From the NCBI GenBank assembly GCA_973895155.1, contig OZ316898.1, positions 6,435,079 through 6,499,078 on the forward strand: a DNA stretch of 64,000 nt, read 5' to 3'. Shown one piece after another: positions 12,800 through 24,480 of the stretch. The translations under genes and the position numbers were made by a program. Under the pieces are notes generated by a model. The model made no database searches and was not told the DNA's origin. It worked only from the letters and a program-made list of their open reading frames with translations. This stretch comes from Marsupella aquatica. Taxonomy: Eukaryota; Plantae; Marchantiophyta. Positions within the stretch are counted from its first letter, which is position 1. Every line of letters starts with the position of its first letter.

Positions 12800-14330
12800 G
12801 TCACAGCTAGGAGTCAAATTGACAAAGAAGCATGGGCTTCGATTGATGACGACTATATAATACCAATTGCCTTACTGTAACTCATTACAGACCTTGAAAC
12901 TAGAATAGGTTGAAGGGAAGCTGGTCTTAAGGTGAGACACAATGCCATAATTGTGACATGAGTACTTTGATTTCGATTCTCACATGGAATTTATTGAGAC
13001 CACTTACATCTTGTCCCTTCTTTTCGTTCTGTCCCATCTGATTTGCATGACAGATCTATGAAGGACTGATTCCCTTGGAGATTGGACTCACCAAAGTCTT
13101 TCGACCTCTATGAAGCGACAATGAGGCTCTCAAGATATGTCAATAAACATGACCATGAGAGACAAGTGCTACCTCAGCCGTAATGGATGCAATGGATCTT
13201 GAAGTTTCACTGAAGGCACTATTCACCCTTAATGAGTTAAGAGCATGAAAAGTAGAGACTTAGAAGGCTCTGCTGCCCATCAACTCTCGATCATTTACCT
13301 TGAGGTTGTCTTGGAAATAACAAATATCCAGTTTCTTACCCAAGGTTCTTACCCAAGATTGTTGAAGATGAAGGGCTAACCTCGTTGAGGGGTTATTAAT
13401 GACTACCCCAAGGGAGGAGTTAGTGAGTCATGAATCGACTTGGCCCTCACTTCAGACTTTTGTGGTGGCATTCAGTACACTTCCCTCGGGGGCAGTATTT
13501 CACTCTACTGGTTCAACTGTAGTCTCAAGTAAGCATGTACAGTAGTTGACCAAGGTGATTCCCAAAGTATGTGATGACTTGAATGTTAACTCGTGAAGAA
13601 AATACTTGATGTCCTAGCAACTTCTTCGAGGGTAGAGAATCCTTCAATTTTGGAGAGAAGATATTAACAAGCTTCTCCGTGATAAGGAATTGGGAAAATC
13701 TGTCAAAATAAATTCTTATAGAAAGTGGGTCTATAGGTTTCTCTTTGCGTTAATAACCACGCCTCTTTGGTCAATAAAAAATGACTGAAGGTTGGTTGGC
13801 CTTATCATCAAGCAAGAGGACGGGGATCTACTAGTTGTTGCTCAGTAAAGTGGATAAAAGAATGTTTCTGAAAAAAAGGGAATAGCACTACTTGGAAAAA
13901 TATCGTTTTTCTAGTCCCAAGGTTCTTAAAATTTGGTCTCCAAACTCATAATTTTGTCACCAAACAAATTTATAAAATCCCTTCTGTTGTCATCCAGCAG
14001 AAGTACCGAATAAGGAGATCAGTAGGGAGACAACATTTTGGCTTGGGAGACAATAATCAATTTGACTCTGAATAATTTGATCACGTCTGAATGATTGGGC
14101 CTCAAAGGCGATGAATCTGATGATAGACATTGCAGCTTGGGAAAAGATATATTCAGGAGACTGAGGCTTTATTATGCACATGCTGAGATGAGATAAAAAG
14201 TATTCATGTGTTTAAGTGTTGAGATATTAAATAGTCAGCACAGTATGTCAAAGTTGGAGTTCCCATAGATCAAACCCAGAGATCAGCATGTTTTAAAAGA
14301 GTTGACCGATAGAATTACACTTCCATCGCG
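12800..14330 (-). mobile_element. Possible highly decayed LINE remnant
   Basis: Scattered minus-strand motifs in the expected order: DLW (~14265), QSQIDY (SRIDY-like, ~14050-14070) and SFIDLS.K.D (RT-like, ~13030-13065). No continuous ORF. Confidence 0.3.
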
Positions 14331-15834
14331 GATCCACTGTTAGGTACCCTGCCGGTCCCACTTCACTGTGCTGGAGTAGTAAAATTGCTGCCATCCTTGG
14401 TCTTGCTCCCTCTCCTGGTCCTGGCTCCCCCCCAGTCTTTTGGGCACTTCGAGTATTTTTATTGGGTTTGACAAAAACTTTAAATTTTTGTCTAAGAACG
14501 TTAGGGGTGTTTTAATCCACTCTTGAGAATTATAAGAATCAGAGTGTTTTTTAAATCAAGTGTGAGAATATTCCAAGAATACTCTAAAAGATAGGGGTAA
14601 AAAATTTCTAGAAAACATTTTATCTACTTATGTTTTAGGGTGTTTATTCCCCCAAAACTGTGCAGGTGACATGGGACCCCCCTTTGGAGTGAGGCCCCTG
14701 GGAATTATATAGGTCAGTCACTAGAGACAAAGGCAGATTGAAGTCAAAGAATGAAATGTCCCATGTTTCTCATGCTCTATAGCTATCCTTTCGTGGTGTG
14801 TATTGCAGCTGTCTACCTGTACAAAATAAATTTGCCGTGAACATGCTTGGGCTGGCCTCTTCCTTGGATCAGATCTAAGGAAAAAGCCACTAACTCAGTC
14901 CAAAGCAGCCATTCCACTCCCCTGCAAACAATTGTGGTTCTGCCACAAGTGTTTTTGTTCTTGCAAACTGTATGTCCAAAATAAATTATGAAACTGCTAT
15001 ATATGGTGAATTCATCTTCAGATTTTGTCTTATTCATATTTTGTGTTCAATATTTGAATTTTAATGTGCCTTAACAAGGTGAATCATTTGTATTAATTTG
15101 ATTTTGAATTAACTTTTAGACCCCTTTTAATTCTAGTGAATTTAGAGTATTTTGAATATATTTGGCTCCCCTCCTAAATGTTTAATTTTTCCTTTTCAAT
15201 CACTCCTTAGCTTTTTGCTCATGAGAGTGAGACAAATGAATTTGAACAATGTACACATCTTGTGTATTAAGTTCCCCCTCAAGGTTTCTTTTGCAAAACT
15301 TATGGTTTTAATTGAGTTGATTGTCCCTACCTAGAAGCAAGTGCAAATCTGTACTGTATGTGCACAACTCTTTAGTACCTTTGTACTTTCTTGGTCATAA
15401 TGTGCATTTTTGGCAAGTGAAAGGTGTCACTCAATCTTTGATGTCAATTACTCTTAATTAACAGATATTAATTTATTGGCATATAGTTGACATGTATCTA
15501 CTTCTTTTATCATAAAATAAGTCGAATGAATTACATATCACTACAAGACAAAAATAGAGGCATGTTCCAGGATGAACATGCTATATCGATCCAATTAGTT
15601 CATTCAGTGAACTTTGCCTCCTCTATCAGACCATCTAGGACATAGTTGAGATTGACCATCTAGGACATAGTTGAGATCCATGTGGGCATCCATGTTGTTG
15701 AAATTTCCAACACTATGTACTTATATATAGGCATTTGCACAAAGTGGAGATCCTTGGGCTGGCCCACCTTGTCTTGGATCGAAGATTAGGCAAGTCCAAG
15801 CCACTCCACTTTTGTGCACATGTTGCATTCAAGC

Positions 15835-16280
15835 AACTGACTAAACCCTGAGTGGAATGACAGTCATATCACATGCACTCCATGATGTTAATTAACAGAC
15901 ATTTGAAATCCTGGAATTAATGAAACTTCTCCATGACTATCTCAGTCTGTTCATGATGTATGATCAGACCAGTGATGAGCAGTTGACTAAACCCTGGAAC
16001 CCGCCCTGGAATGACAATCCTATCATACCTCAAGATGTAATTAAACAGACATTTGAACTACAAAATCTTGGAATGACACTACTCCATGACTATCTCAGTG
16101 CATGATGTATGATTAGACCAGTGACAAGAAGTTGACTAAATCCTGGAACTAAACCCTGGAATGACAGTCCTATCATACTCCATGATGTAAACAGACATTT
16201 GAACTCCAAAATCCTGGAATGAAACTACTTAATTCATGGCTATCTTAATTAGGGCCGGCATGATGTATGATTAGACCAGA
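15835..16280. repeat. Tandem repeat, ~145-bp unit x3
   Basis: GACTAAACCCTG...GGAATGACAGTC...CATGATGT...CAGACATTTGAA...CATGACTATCTC...CATGATGTATGA.AGACCAG is repeated three times, with a partial fourth copy near 16388. Confidence 0.8.
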
Positions 16281-16619
16281 CTAAGCCACTCCATTCGAAT
16301 GCTGAGATTGTTAAGCTGGCCTGGCTTGTCTGGCTTGAAATCAGGCCAATCCAAGCACTCCACTGTCCTGCAAATGTCACGAGTAGTTGACTAAACCCTT
16401 GAAAGACAGTCCACTAATGTACAGTCAAACCACTATAGCCCCGGAATTACCCCTGCTTTTGACCTATGAAGGAAATGGCCAAGCCATCACTTGAGTGGCA
16501 ATGAACGATTAGGCCAATCCAAGTGATTCCATTCTCTTGCAGAACCCTGAAATGATTGAGGCTTATCCAAGATGACGCAATTCCTTCTGGTGGACTAGAC
16601 TCTCCACCTTAATTCACAT

Positions 16620-17432
16620 CGACAGTCTGAGGCCCTTTGAGCAGTGGGAATAACTTTTGCCATCTAGTACTATATTTGGATGTCATACTTGATTTCTTCA
16701 TTCTTCCAGTGGAACATATTATGTAAAGTAAAATATTGCAGTACAAATTTAAAATTTTTCATAAGTCATTAAACTCTTAAGGTGAGGCACAGTCTGAAAA
16801 AACAATGAACTGTTAAATTGACCCACTGAGTCTGAGAAAATATTACTATACTACTACTTTCATTCTGGGTTTCTTTCCCATCACATTTCAAAGTGAATGA
16901 TTCAGATATCTGATATAAAGTGAAGATCTTTGGGCTGGTGTTTTTCAACTGACCTCAAAATTCTAATATCTGCTTTGCAACATTTGACACTCAGGTTGTT
17001 GTGCAATGCTATATATAATGCCAAATCTACCCAGTGAGCATAGGGCTTAAGAATATGGATTCATAGTAAGCCTGCTCAATGACCATGTAATTGAACCCTA
17101 ATTGTTCTGATGGCCAAAAGAGAGTGTTGTGATTGGGACTGATCTATTCTTTGAGGAAAGCAAAGCCCAAGGATCTACACTTTAGTTAGATATTTAAATA
17201 ATTCAAGTCAAATGTTAAATGATAGGGGTATTTTAAATATTAATAAGCTAATTAAAACTTTATCCTTTCTTTCTCATCTTATCTTGGATTTGAGAAAAAA
17301 TTTTGAAATTTGTATTGCAACATTTTACCATATAAATTAGATTCCACTTGAAGGAATGACCAAAAGATGACATTCAAATATGGTCATAGAAGACAAAAGA
17401 TGTTCCCACTGCAGAAGGGCCTAAGATTGACG
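16620..17432. mobile_element. Foldback/MITE-like inverted-repeat element (~810 bp)
   Basis: 16620-16760 is a diverged reverse complement of 17295-17432 (GGCCCTT...GCAGTGGGAA, ATATTTG.ATGTCAT, AGTGGAA, TTGCA.TACAAATTT). Hairpin-family half sites at ~16905-16945 and ~17150-17200 are also mirrored. Confidence 0.55.
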
Positions 17433-20400
17433 AGATTTCCCAACATTGACAAGATTTCAAGCAACCAGAATCGTTTTGAAAGTGGAGATCCTTGAGCTTC
17501 GGCAATCCAAAGGGCATCATGAGCTAGATCTCCATTCTGAGTTCTTCTGAAGACTCCTTGATATGTGGCAGAGTGTAGTGCACGTAATGTGGGTATATAT
17601 CAATAGAAAGCTGCCCAAAAGTGGAGATGCTTGGATTGACCTTCTCTTGGGACACAAGGCCAGTCCAAGCCACTCCACTCTTGTGCAACCTTCTGAATTC
17701 ATCATAGAGATCATACAATAATGTCGATGGAGATGTAATTCGTTCTCGTGTACCTCATGTACCTTCATTCGCATTCCCTTTTGCCTCGTCCAAAATTGTC
17801 AGAAATTTAATCAATTAGCTCTAACTCTCGAGCTAAAGAGTTGATGTTCGGAAGTAATTTGAGCATAGTTAAATGTGACGTAGATATCTGCACGGAAGTG
17901 GAGATACTTGGACTGATATTTTCTTCGCAGAAAAGGCCAGTCCAAGCCCCTCCACTCTCGTGCAAACTTCTGAATTCGAGCGTGCCCGAAAATCTGACTG
18001 CAATCCTTCTCCTGGGGACATTTCCTGTTAGTCAATCATCTCCTGGGACGTTAGTTGTCGGGAATTTCCGCACTAGTCTCCCCGACCATGAGAAATGTCA
18101 ATGTTCCTGGTATTGAGCCAAAACCGTGCGACCGACTTTAGTAGGACTGGTCATCTCATCCGCATGATTTGCGCCATGCAATCTCCTACGAGAATTTTGA
18201 AGCAAAGCGATTGTCCCATAGATCTGTCCCATAGATCCTGCTGCAAGGGTAGTGCCGTGTCGGGTTGTAGAGTAGACAACTTTAGGACAGTGGCATGGAG
18301 AACTTCGATGGGTTGGCTCTTCCTGTTGCAAAACTGGCCATATATGTCCAAGCGACTCCACTCTCGTGCTGACATCTGATTTGACCTGGCTGAAGTTTCG
18401 CAATTTTTTCTTATCATCAATTGATATCCACACCCTCTATGATCGACAGTTCTCTTGATGTGGCATCATAAAGAATGGAGCCAATTAAGGTATCCTCTTG
18501 AAACCAAGGTAATCTTTCAAATCTGGCATTATAATTATCTAGCCAGAACCGTCCAATGGAATCCAGCCAAAGGCTTCTGAATTAATTACGTACGTTGCGA
18601 ACATGTCAAAGTATGCAGAGTGTCGTCCCGAAGCCACTGCCTGGAGTTCAAGTGCTGTGGCACACTGTTTGGAGAGCCACTGCCAGGAGTTGCTGTGCAC
18701 ACTTTTTAGAGTCTGGTAGATAGCTTCGCTAAGGTGGAGATCCATGGGTTGGCATTTACCTTAGAAAGAAAAATGTCAATCCAAGCCATTCCACCATAGT
18801 GCAGAGATAAGTGAATCATCATCTAATTAATAAAAGGGTACTTGAAAGTTATACCAAGGTGGAGATTCTTGGGCTGACATTTACTTACGGAAGAAAAAGG
18901 CCAGTCCAAGCCGCTCCACAATTGTGGAGACATCTGCATCATCTCATAGATAAAAGTGTACTTGATAGCTCCCCTAGCTAATTAAGGCCGAGAGCCTTGC
19001 GCCGACATTTACTTCAAAAGAAAAAGGTGATGGAGAGCCTTGGGCTGACATTTACTTAGAAAAGAAAAAGGTCAGTCCAAGCCACTCCACTTACCATGGT
19101 GCAATATATGAATCAATTTAAATGTAAAAAGGTGCTAGATAGTTACACGAAGGTGGAGATCCTTAGGCTGGCATTTACTTGGGAAAGAAAAAGGCCAGTC
19201 CAAGCCACTCCACCATCTTGTAGATATCTGAATCTATCAGTCCAAGCCACTCCACCATCTTGTAGATATTTGAATCATCTGGATCAAATATATGGAATTA
19301 AATATAACTACTTGAAGGTGGAGATCCTTGGGCTGGCATTTATTTGGGAAAAAAAAGGCCAGTCCAAGCCACTCCACCCTCATGCAGATATATATGAATC
19401 ATCTCAAATGTGAAAAGTGCTAGATAGTTACACGAAGGTGGAGATCCTTGGGTTGGCATTTACTTGAGAAAGAAAAGGCCAGTCCAAGCCACTCCATCAT
19501 CGTGCATATACCTGAATGATCTTAAAGACGTACACTAACATTCTCTAAGGTCTCGCTCGATATCGGTCCAAGTTTCGACATTGAATACAAAATTCTCGTA
19601 ATGTATTGCTGAGTGGAAATAATCGGGTGTGCTCCTGAGGTCTACATCAACCAGCTCCCACTGATGCCCCGGTCTGATGCCAATTCCGTTTTGAATGGCC
19701 ATGCCCAGCTCACACTGATAAGTGCATGCAATACGGCTGTATTGAAGTGATGCTGGGCCTGCCGTGTTCCTTCCGATGGTAGACTAGTCCAAGCTACGTA
19801 CTCCACTCATTCGAGGTTGGAATTTCGTTCTCGTGTCCAGAGAGAGAGAGAATGTGCTTGAGATCCCTAAGCCTTTGAAAGCAATCGTCGCACAATTCAG
19901 TGCAATTGCATGTGAGGCCAGCTACGTGGCATAATGGATTGCATAAAAGCATAATTCTAGCAATTCCACCTTGAACCCTCCGCAAAGTCCGCAGAATAAG
20001 AATGTCAAGGACTTTCGTGCGGATTCGTAAGCAGACAAATGATACGCGCGTAAACTCAATCTATTCTTCAGTATGCTGTTGCATGTCAAGAAGACAGTAC
20101 GTTGGACAAGAGTGAAGACAGCTAAACAAGCTGGAGGGGATGCTAGAGCTGGCCTTTCATTCGTTGGAAAGGCCAGTCCAAGCCACTCACTCTACTCTCG
20201 TTCGATCCGACTTATGAATATACCTCGCACGAAATCACTGGAACCTCAAACATATCTCCGAGTTGCGTTTCCAGTCGTTTGTATTCGATTGCAGCCAATT
20301 TTCAGAAGGTATGACTTCTGGTCCAACATGGTCTTGCGGTCCGATGAAAACTGAAATACGGGAGCTAGCCTAGTGCGTACGTTGCTGAAGGAACATGGAG

Positions 20401-21055
20401 CTTCTTGGGATTAACTGTTTCAAGAGAAAACTCCTGGACCACTCCAATAAACTTCAGCATCGTGAAGACACCTCTCTGTGGCGTTCGCTGCATGGGTACA
20501 CAAATCATGTTTGGCTGCTGGCCACGGCACTACGTATAACAGACACGATGATGGACAGAATGATGAACAAAATCGCTATGCCAGAATTGAGACAGTCCCC
20601 AACGAGTACCTGAATCTCAGGTAAGTAAGACGAACTTTTTCCCTCAGTGCTGCTAGTTCGTGAGATTGAACTTATTTGTTTCACGTAACACAGAAACATA
20701 GCTCCTCCTAGCTGCTAACAGCCTTGCACGAGTCAAACCACTCGAAGAAAGCTAGTTCTCTGCTCACAGACTTGCACATTTTTCAAGAAGTCTCGATGAG
20801 TGGTGTGGGGTAACTGGTAAGCTCTGTTGCTGCACACCATACTGCTGTAACTTGTCCTGAGTTGCCACTTATATACATAGGTCGCTCTGGTTTTTTTAAT
20901 GAATCGTCACAACATCTGGCCGAGGGGACCACGTACTGCGCAGTAAAGTATAATTAAATCATTTATAGCAAAATGCGCCAAAAACGGGGATACAGTGTCA
21001 AAAGGCAGGGGGCCCAATAAAGAGGAGAAAACAAGAGCGCCAAAAAGAGAGAGAA
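17420..21055. repeat. Left arm of a large modular inverted duplication
   Basis: Inverted matches: 17420-17740 with 36100-36460; 17810-18830 with 34540-35535 (and 17880-18830 with 32930-33800); 20010-20210 with 28450-28620; 20570-21055 with 33800-34280. Confidence 0.85.
18715..19525 (+). repeat. Short diverged tandem array (~7 units) of the hairpin repeat, orientation A
   Basis: AAGGTGGAGATCCTTGGGCTGGCATTTACTT...AAAAAGGCCAGTCCAAGCCACTCCACC at ~18731, 18857, 19030, 19151, 19316 and 19436, plus partial units. Confidence 0.9.
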
Positions 21056-22196
21056 TATTCTGCCAATATCAAAAGTGAAACTAGCCGGGGCTGACATGTC
21101 TTGTTTGTCCTCATTTTTTCCAAGAGAGAATTCGTAATGGGGTGAGAGTCATTCTCTGCGAGTGTGGGATGGACGGACTAACCCAGTTAATTACGCAAAT
21201 ACTTATATATAGTCAAGTCATCTGTGTGCCATTAAATAAATATATATGTATACCTTAATATATTTGAAGGCTTAGCCTAAGAAGTTTTTATTTAATATAC
21301 GAATATTAATAAAAGTCCATGAAATTTTCATAGTGAGCTTCTACATATCTTGATTGTGCATTCTATCTTGAAACTTAGTTATATTAACAGGAAATCATGA
21401 ATTGAAGCTACACACATATATGGCGTTGACAGATAAGTTTGGGTATTAAACAAATCCATCAACAAGGCAATTTAGAACACACAGTTTGAGTGAAAGTTTG
21501 GTGACCGTGGAGACAGGCTATCCACCTCGTTCAGGTCAAATCTAGACATATGTCTGAATAGTTTTCAGATTAAATCTAAACCATACGATGCTTGAAAACT
21601 GCTGCAATTGGCTTTACAAGAGCTTGACAGAGGCCCAGTCAGTTGTCATCTGTATGATTTTACATTCAGTTGGCATATGTATGATTTTACATGGCAAGCA
21701 GTGGGCCCAAGCAAATACTTATGTGAAGTGTTCATTTTGTCTGGAATTTTAGACTACCGGCGGTTGTGGGAAACATTTCAGGCCAGATCGATAGACCTTA
21801 GACCCAGGCTTACACCTTGAGCAGTGGCACAGAATTCAATCTCGGGGAATCAAAATCTAGATAAAAGGCCCTCCCTCAAGGTACTCACCCTTAGACCACC
21901 TCTCGCGAGTGGTGGTCCAAATATTTCCAAACTTTGGGTACATTCAAGGTGGATTGCATTCCTTAAACTTCCTTTCTCGAGTTTATCTATAGGAGTGTAT
22001 CTTTAGAACAAGAAATGGCTCGACACCCCTGCTTTGATAGAAAAACTCACTAGTATAACAGATGAAATCAAGGTAGAAACATAGTCAGTGCATATTAATG
22101 TACAGTAACGAGTGAGAGAAAGATAGATACCGCTCTAACCTGTCTTCCCATTTCCCAATAAAGCCCGGCATAGACCGCCATCAGACCAGTGTTGAC

Positions 22197-22380
22197 TGCT
22201 CAATTATGAGAGCACGTCACTTAAGCAACGTTTATGTAAAGTCTTTGCTTTTCAGACACTCTGTCGGCTGAGGTTCAATCAACCTTTGCTCAATTATTAG
22301 AGCGCGTCACTTAAGCAACGTTTATGTAAAGGCATTGCTTTTCAGACACTCTGTCGGCTGAGGTTGAATCATCCTTCGCT
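22197..22380. repeat. Tandem duplication, ~90 bp x2
   Basis: TGCTCAATTAT.AGAGC.CGTCACTTAAGCAACGTTTATGTAAAG...CAGACACTCTGTCGGCTGAGGTT occurs twice. Confidence 0.85.
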
Positions 22381-22439
22381 CAGGTTACGTTCATTCGTTC
22401 AAGTCAATTCGGAATCCGTGGTCGGAATCCCCCCCTACT

Positions 22440-24480
22440 ACAGGAGTTATTGTAGAAGACTTGACCGTGTTCACCGCCGTAAAATGCTCGTGATCCGCAT
22501 CGGACTATCGGAGTGAAGAACAGTGAATGCATGCATTGCACCGCTGATTAATCAACTACTGCGGTATGCTGACCCCAGAATTTGTAGAGGAATGCACGAT
22601 CGATTCTGAAAGCAGGATGTTGATGCCTACTCTGTGACAATATTATTGGTCAGGCAGACTGGTAACCAATTCGACCTATATAATTATGGTGCTTTAGCAA
22701 CATCAACGTGTCTGGTAATGGTCGGGCTCCAAAGCGGCAAAGTTAGCCCATTTCGAGTTGACTTGAAGACTATCGCAAACTGTGGAGAGAATGGCGAGCG
22801 CGTTATTCGAGAAGCTTGTCGGCTGCAGTCGGACCAGCCTCCTTCCTGCCAAGTACAACCAGCCGCCCAGGTGTGTCGTTAGTGACACCCAAAACTTATG
22901 CGAATGGTCTGTGGAATTCCATGTGCAAACCGTCCAGGTCTGGTTCGAATTGCCGAACAACTTCAACGATCGATAGGAAAGTAAACCTATTTTTAAGTTG
23001 TTAAATTGATAGAACTGTGGCATGCACGAATTAGATAACCGTGGAAGGGCATCTTCCATGTTCTGAAGACCTTCCTATGCTTTATCGGTGGATCTATCTC
23101 TACCCTCCATCATTTCAATGACGAAATTAAGTCTTACAACATGATCGAGAAGACGCCACCAGAACTGTAAGGCTAATTAAGGCAGGCCTGTTTGTTGCAA
23201 TGACGCTGAGAAGAGTGCCAACAGCCAAAGTTGCCAACCCCTGATGTCGGAGCGTTCTACTGTACGTCATGAAGAGTCAAAGTACCCACGTACAGTTCTA
23301 TCAATTTAACAACTTAATTCGGTTTAGCTTCCGGCCGGTGGATAGCCTGTTCCACGGTCAGCAAAGTTTTGCAACCCCTGTTCTTCAACTCCACCAGAAA
23401 AAGAGTTCGGCAACGTATGGGCTTCCTCCAATTCAACAACAGTTTTGCTGTACTAGCTCGATGATCGTTCAAGAGTAAAGATTTCGCAAAATTATGACGG
23501 GATCTCGCCTTCACTCATGCTCGGGATGCCTCCGTCATGAAGGTCCACAAGTAGAATTGGGAAGATACAGAAACCCTCGCAAGTGAGAAATCCAGCAACC
23601 AAAAGGGAACACATGGGCTCCAAATTCTCTTTCGATGCCGGTCTTCTAGATGCTGTGCCGTTTGCCACTTAAAATTTTGGAAAAGTTTTCATAAATGAAA
23701 TCACTGGAAAAGGATCTTTTGTTCGGATTCTTCCCAAATCTATGATCTATCCATGCATCCCCTCCCCCTAGCAAAGACGATAATAAATGGTCAAAGTATT
23801 CGTTGGATCATCGTTGACAGTGGCGTAAGCATTCCGTAAATAATTCCGGCTTTTGGTGCGCTGCACGTACAGTGTGATTATCCAACCCCCTCTTGGCTCG
23901 AGCTCGAAGTAAAGCGATCGCGCGACACCCCCCCGAACTCAGGATCCTGTTCCTTGTCTTCTAGCTTACCGAAATCATGAACCCGGGGCAAGGTGTTGGG
24001 CGGTGACCGTGTGATACTGTTGGTGCTGCTGGAGTCTTCGGCTTCGAAGTACTCCTTCCTCTCCTGTCATGTGCTGCGCAGTTTGGGGACCGTCCACTAG
24101 GCTTGTTGTAATTCATTTTCCCAGTTTCTTAGGTACTCGCATCAGTGACAATTGTTCACTCCCCAGCCTAATTTCATCGAAAACAAGTACTGTCTGCGTT
24201 GGGACTGAAATCAGTGGACGTCGTTCTCTAAAATAAATTGAGTTTCATGATCCTCTCTCAATTTAACAATAGTTAAAATCTCTGCCGGTCGATCGCACGA
24301 CTCAAAAGGTAAGCTTGCCATTCCTTCGGAGATTACACGGCTTGTGTCGCCGACCTGCAAACATCCACTGTGTCTCAGCAGCTGGTTTGGAGTCGACATC
24401 CTGCACACATTTGCGGGATGCCTGGGGCCCCTGATCGACCAATGCAAAATGTTTCTTGAAGAGGCAAAATTCCCGTGAAT
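22440..24480 (+). pseudogene. Possible decayed LRR receptor-like kinase fragments
   Basis: Frameshifted motifs: YADP/EF...DVDAYSVTILL...TG (kinase VIII-IX-like, ~22563-22672), CEW..GIPC (LRR N-cap-like, ~22898-22926), EGHLP, QFNNL and GKLAIPSEITRL (~24308). Confidence 0.3.
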
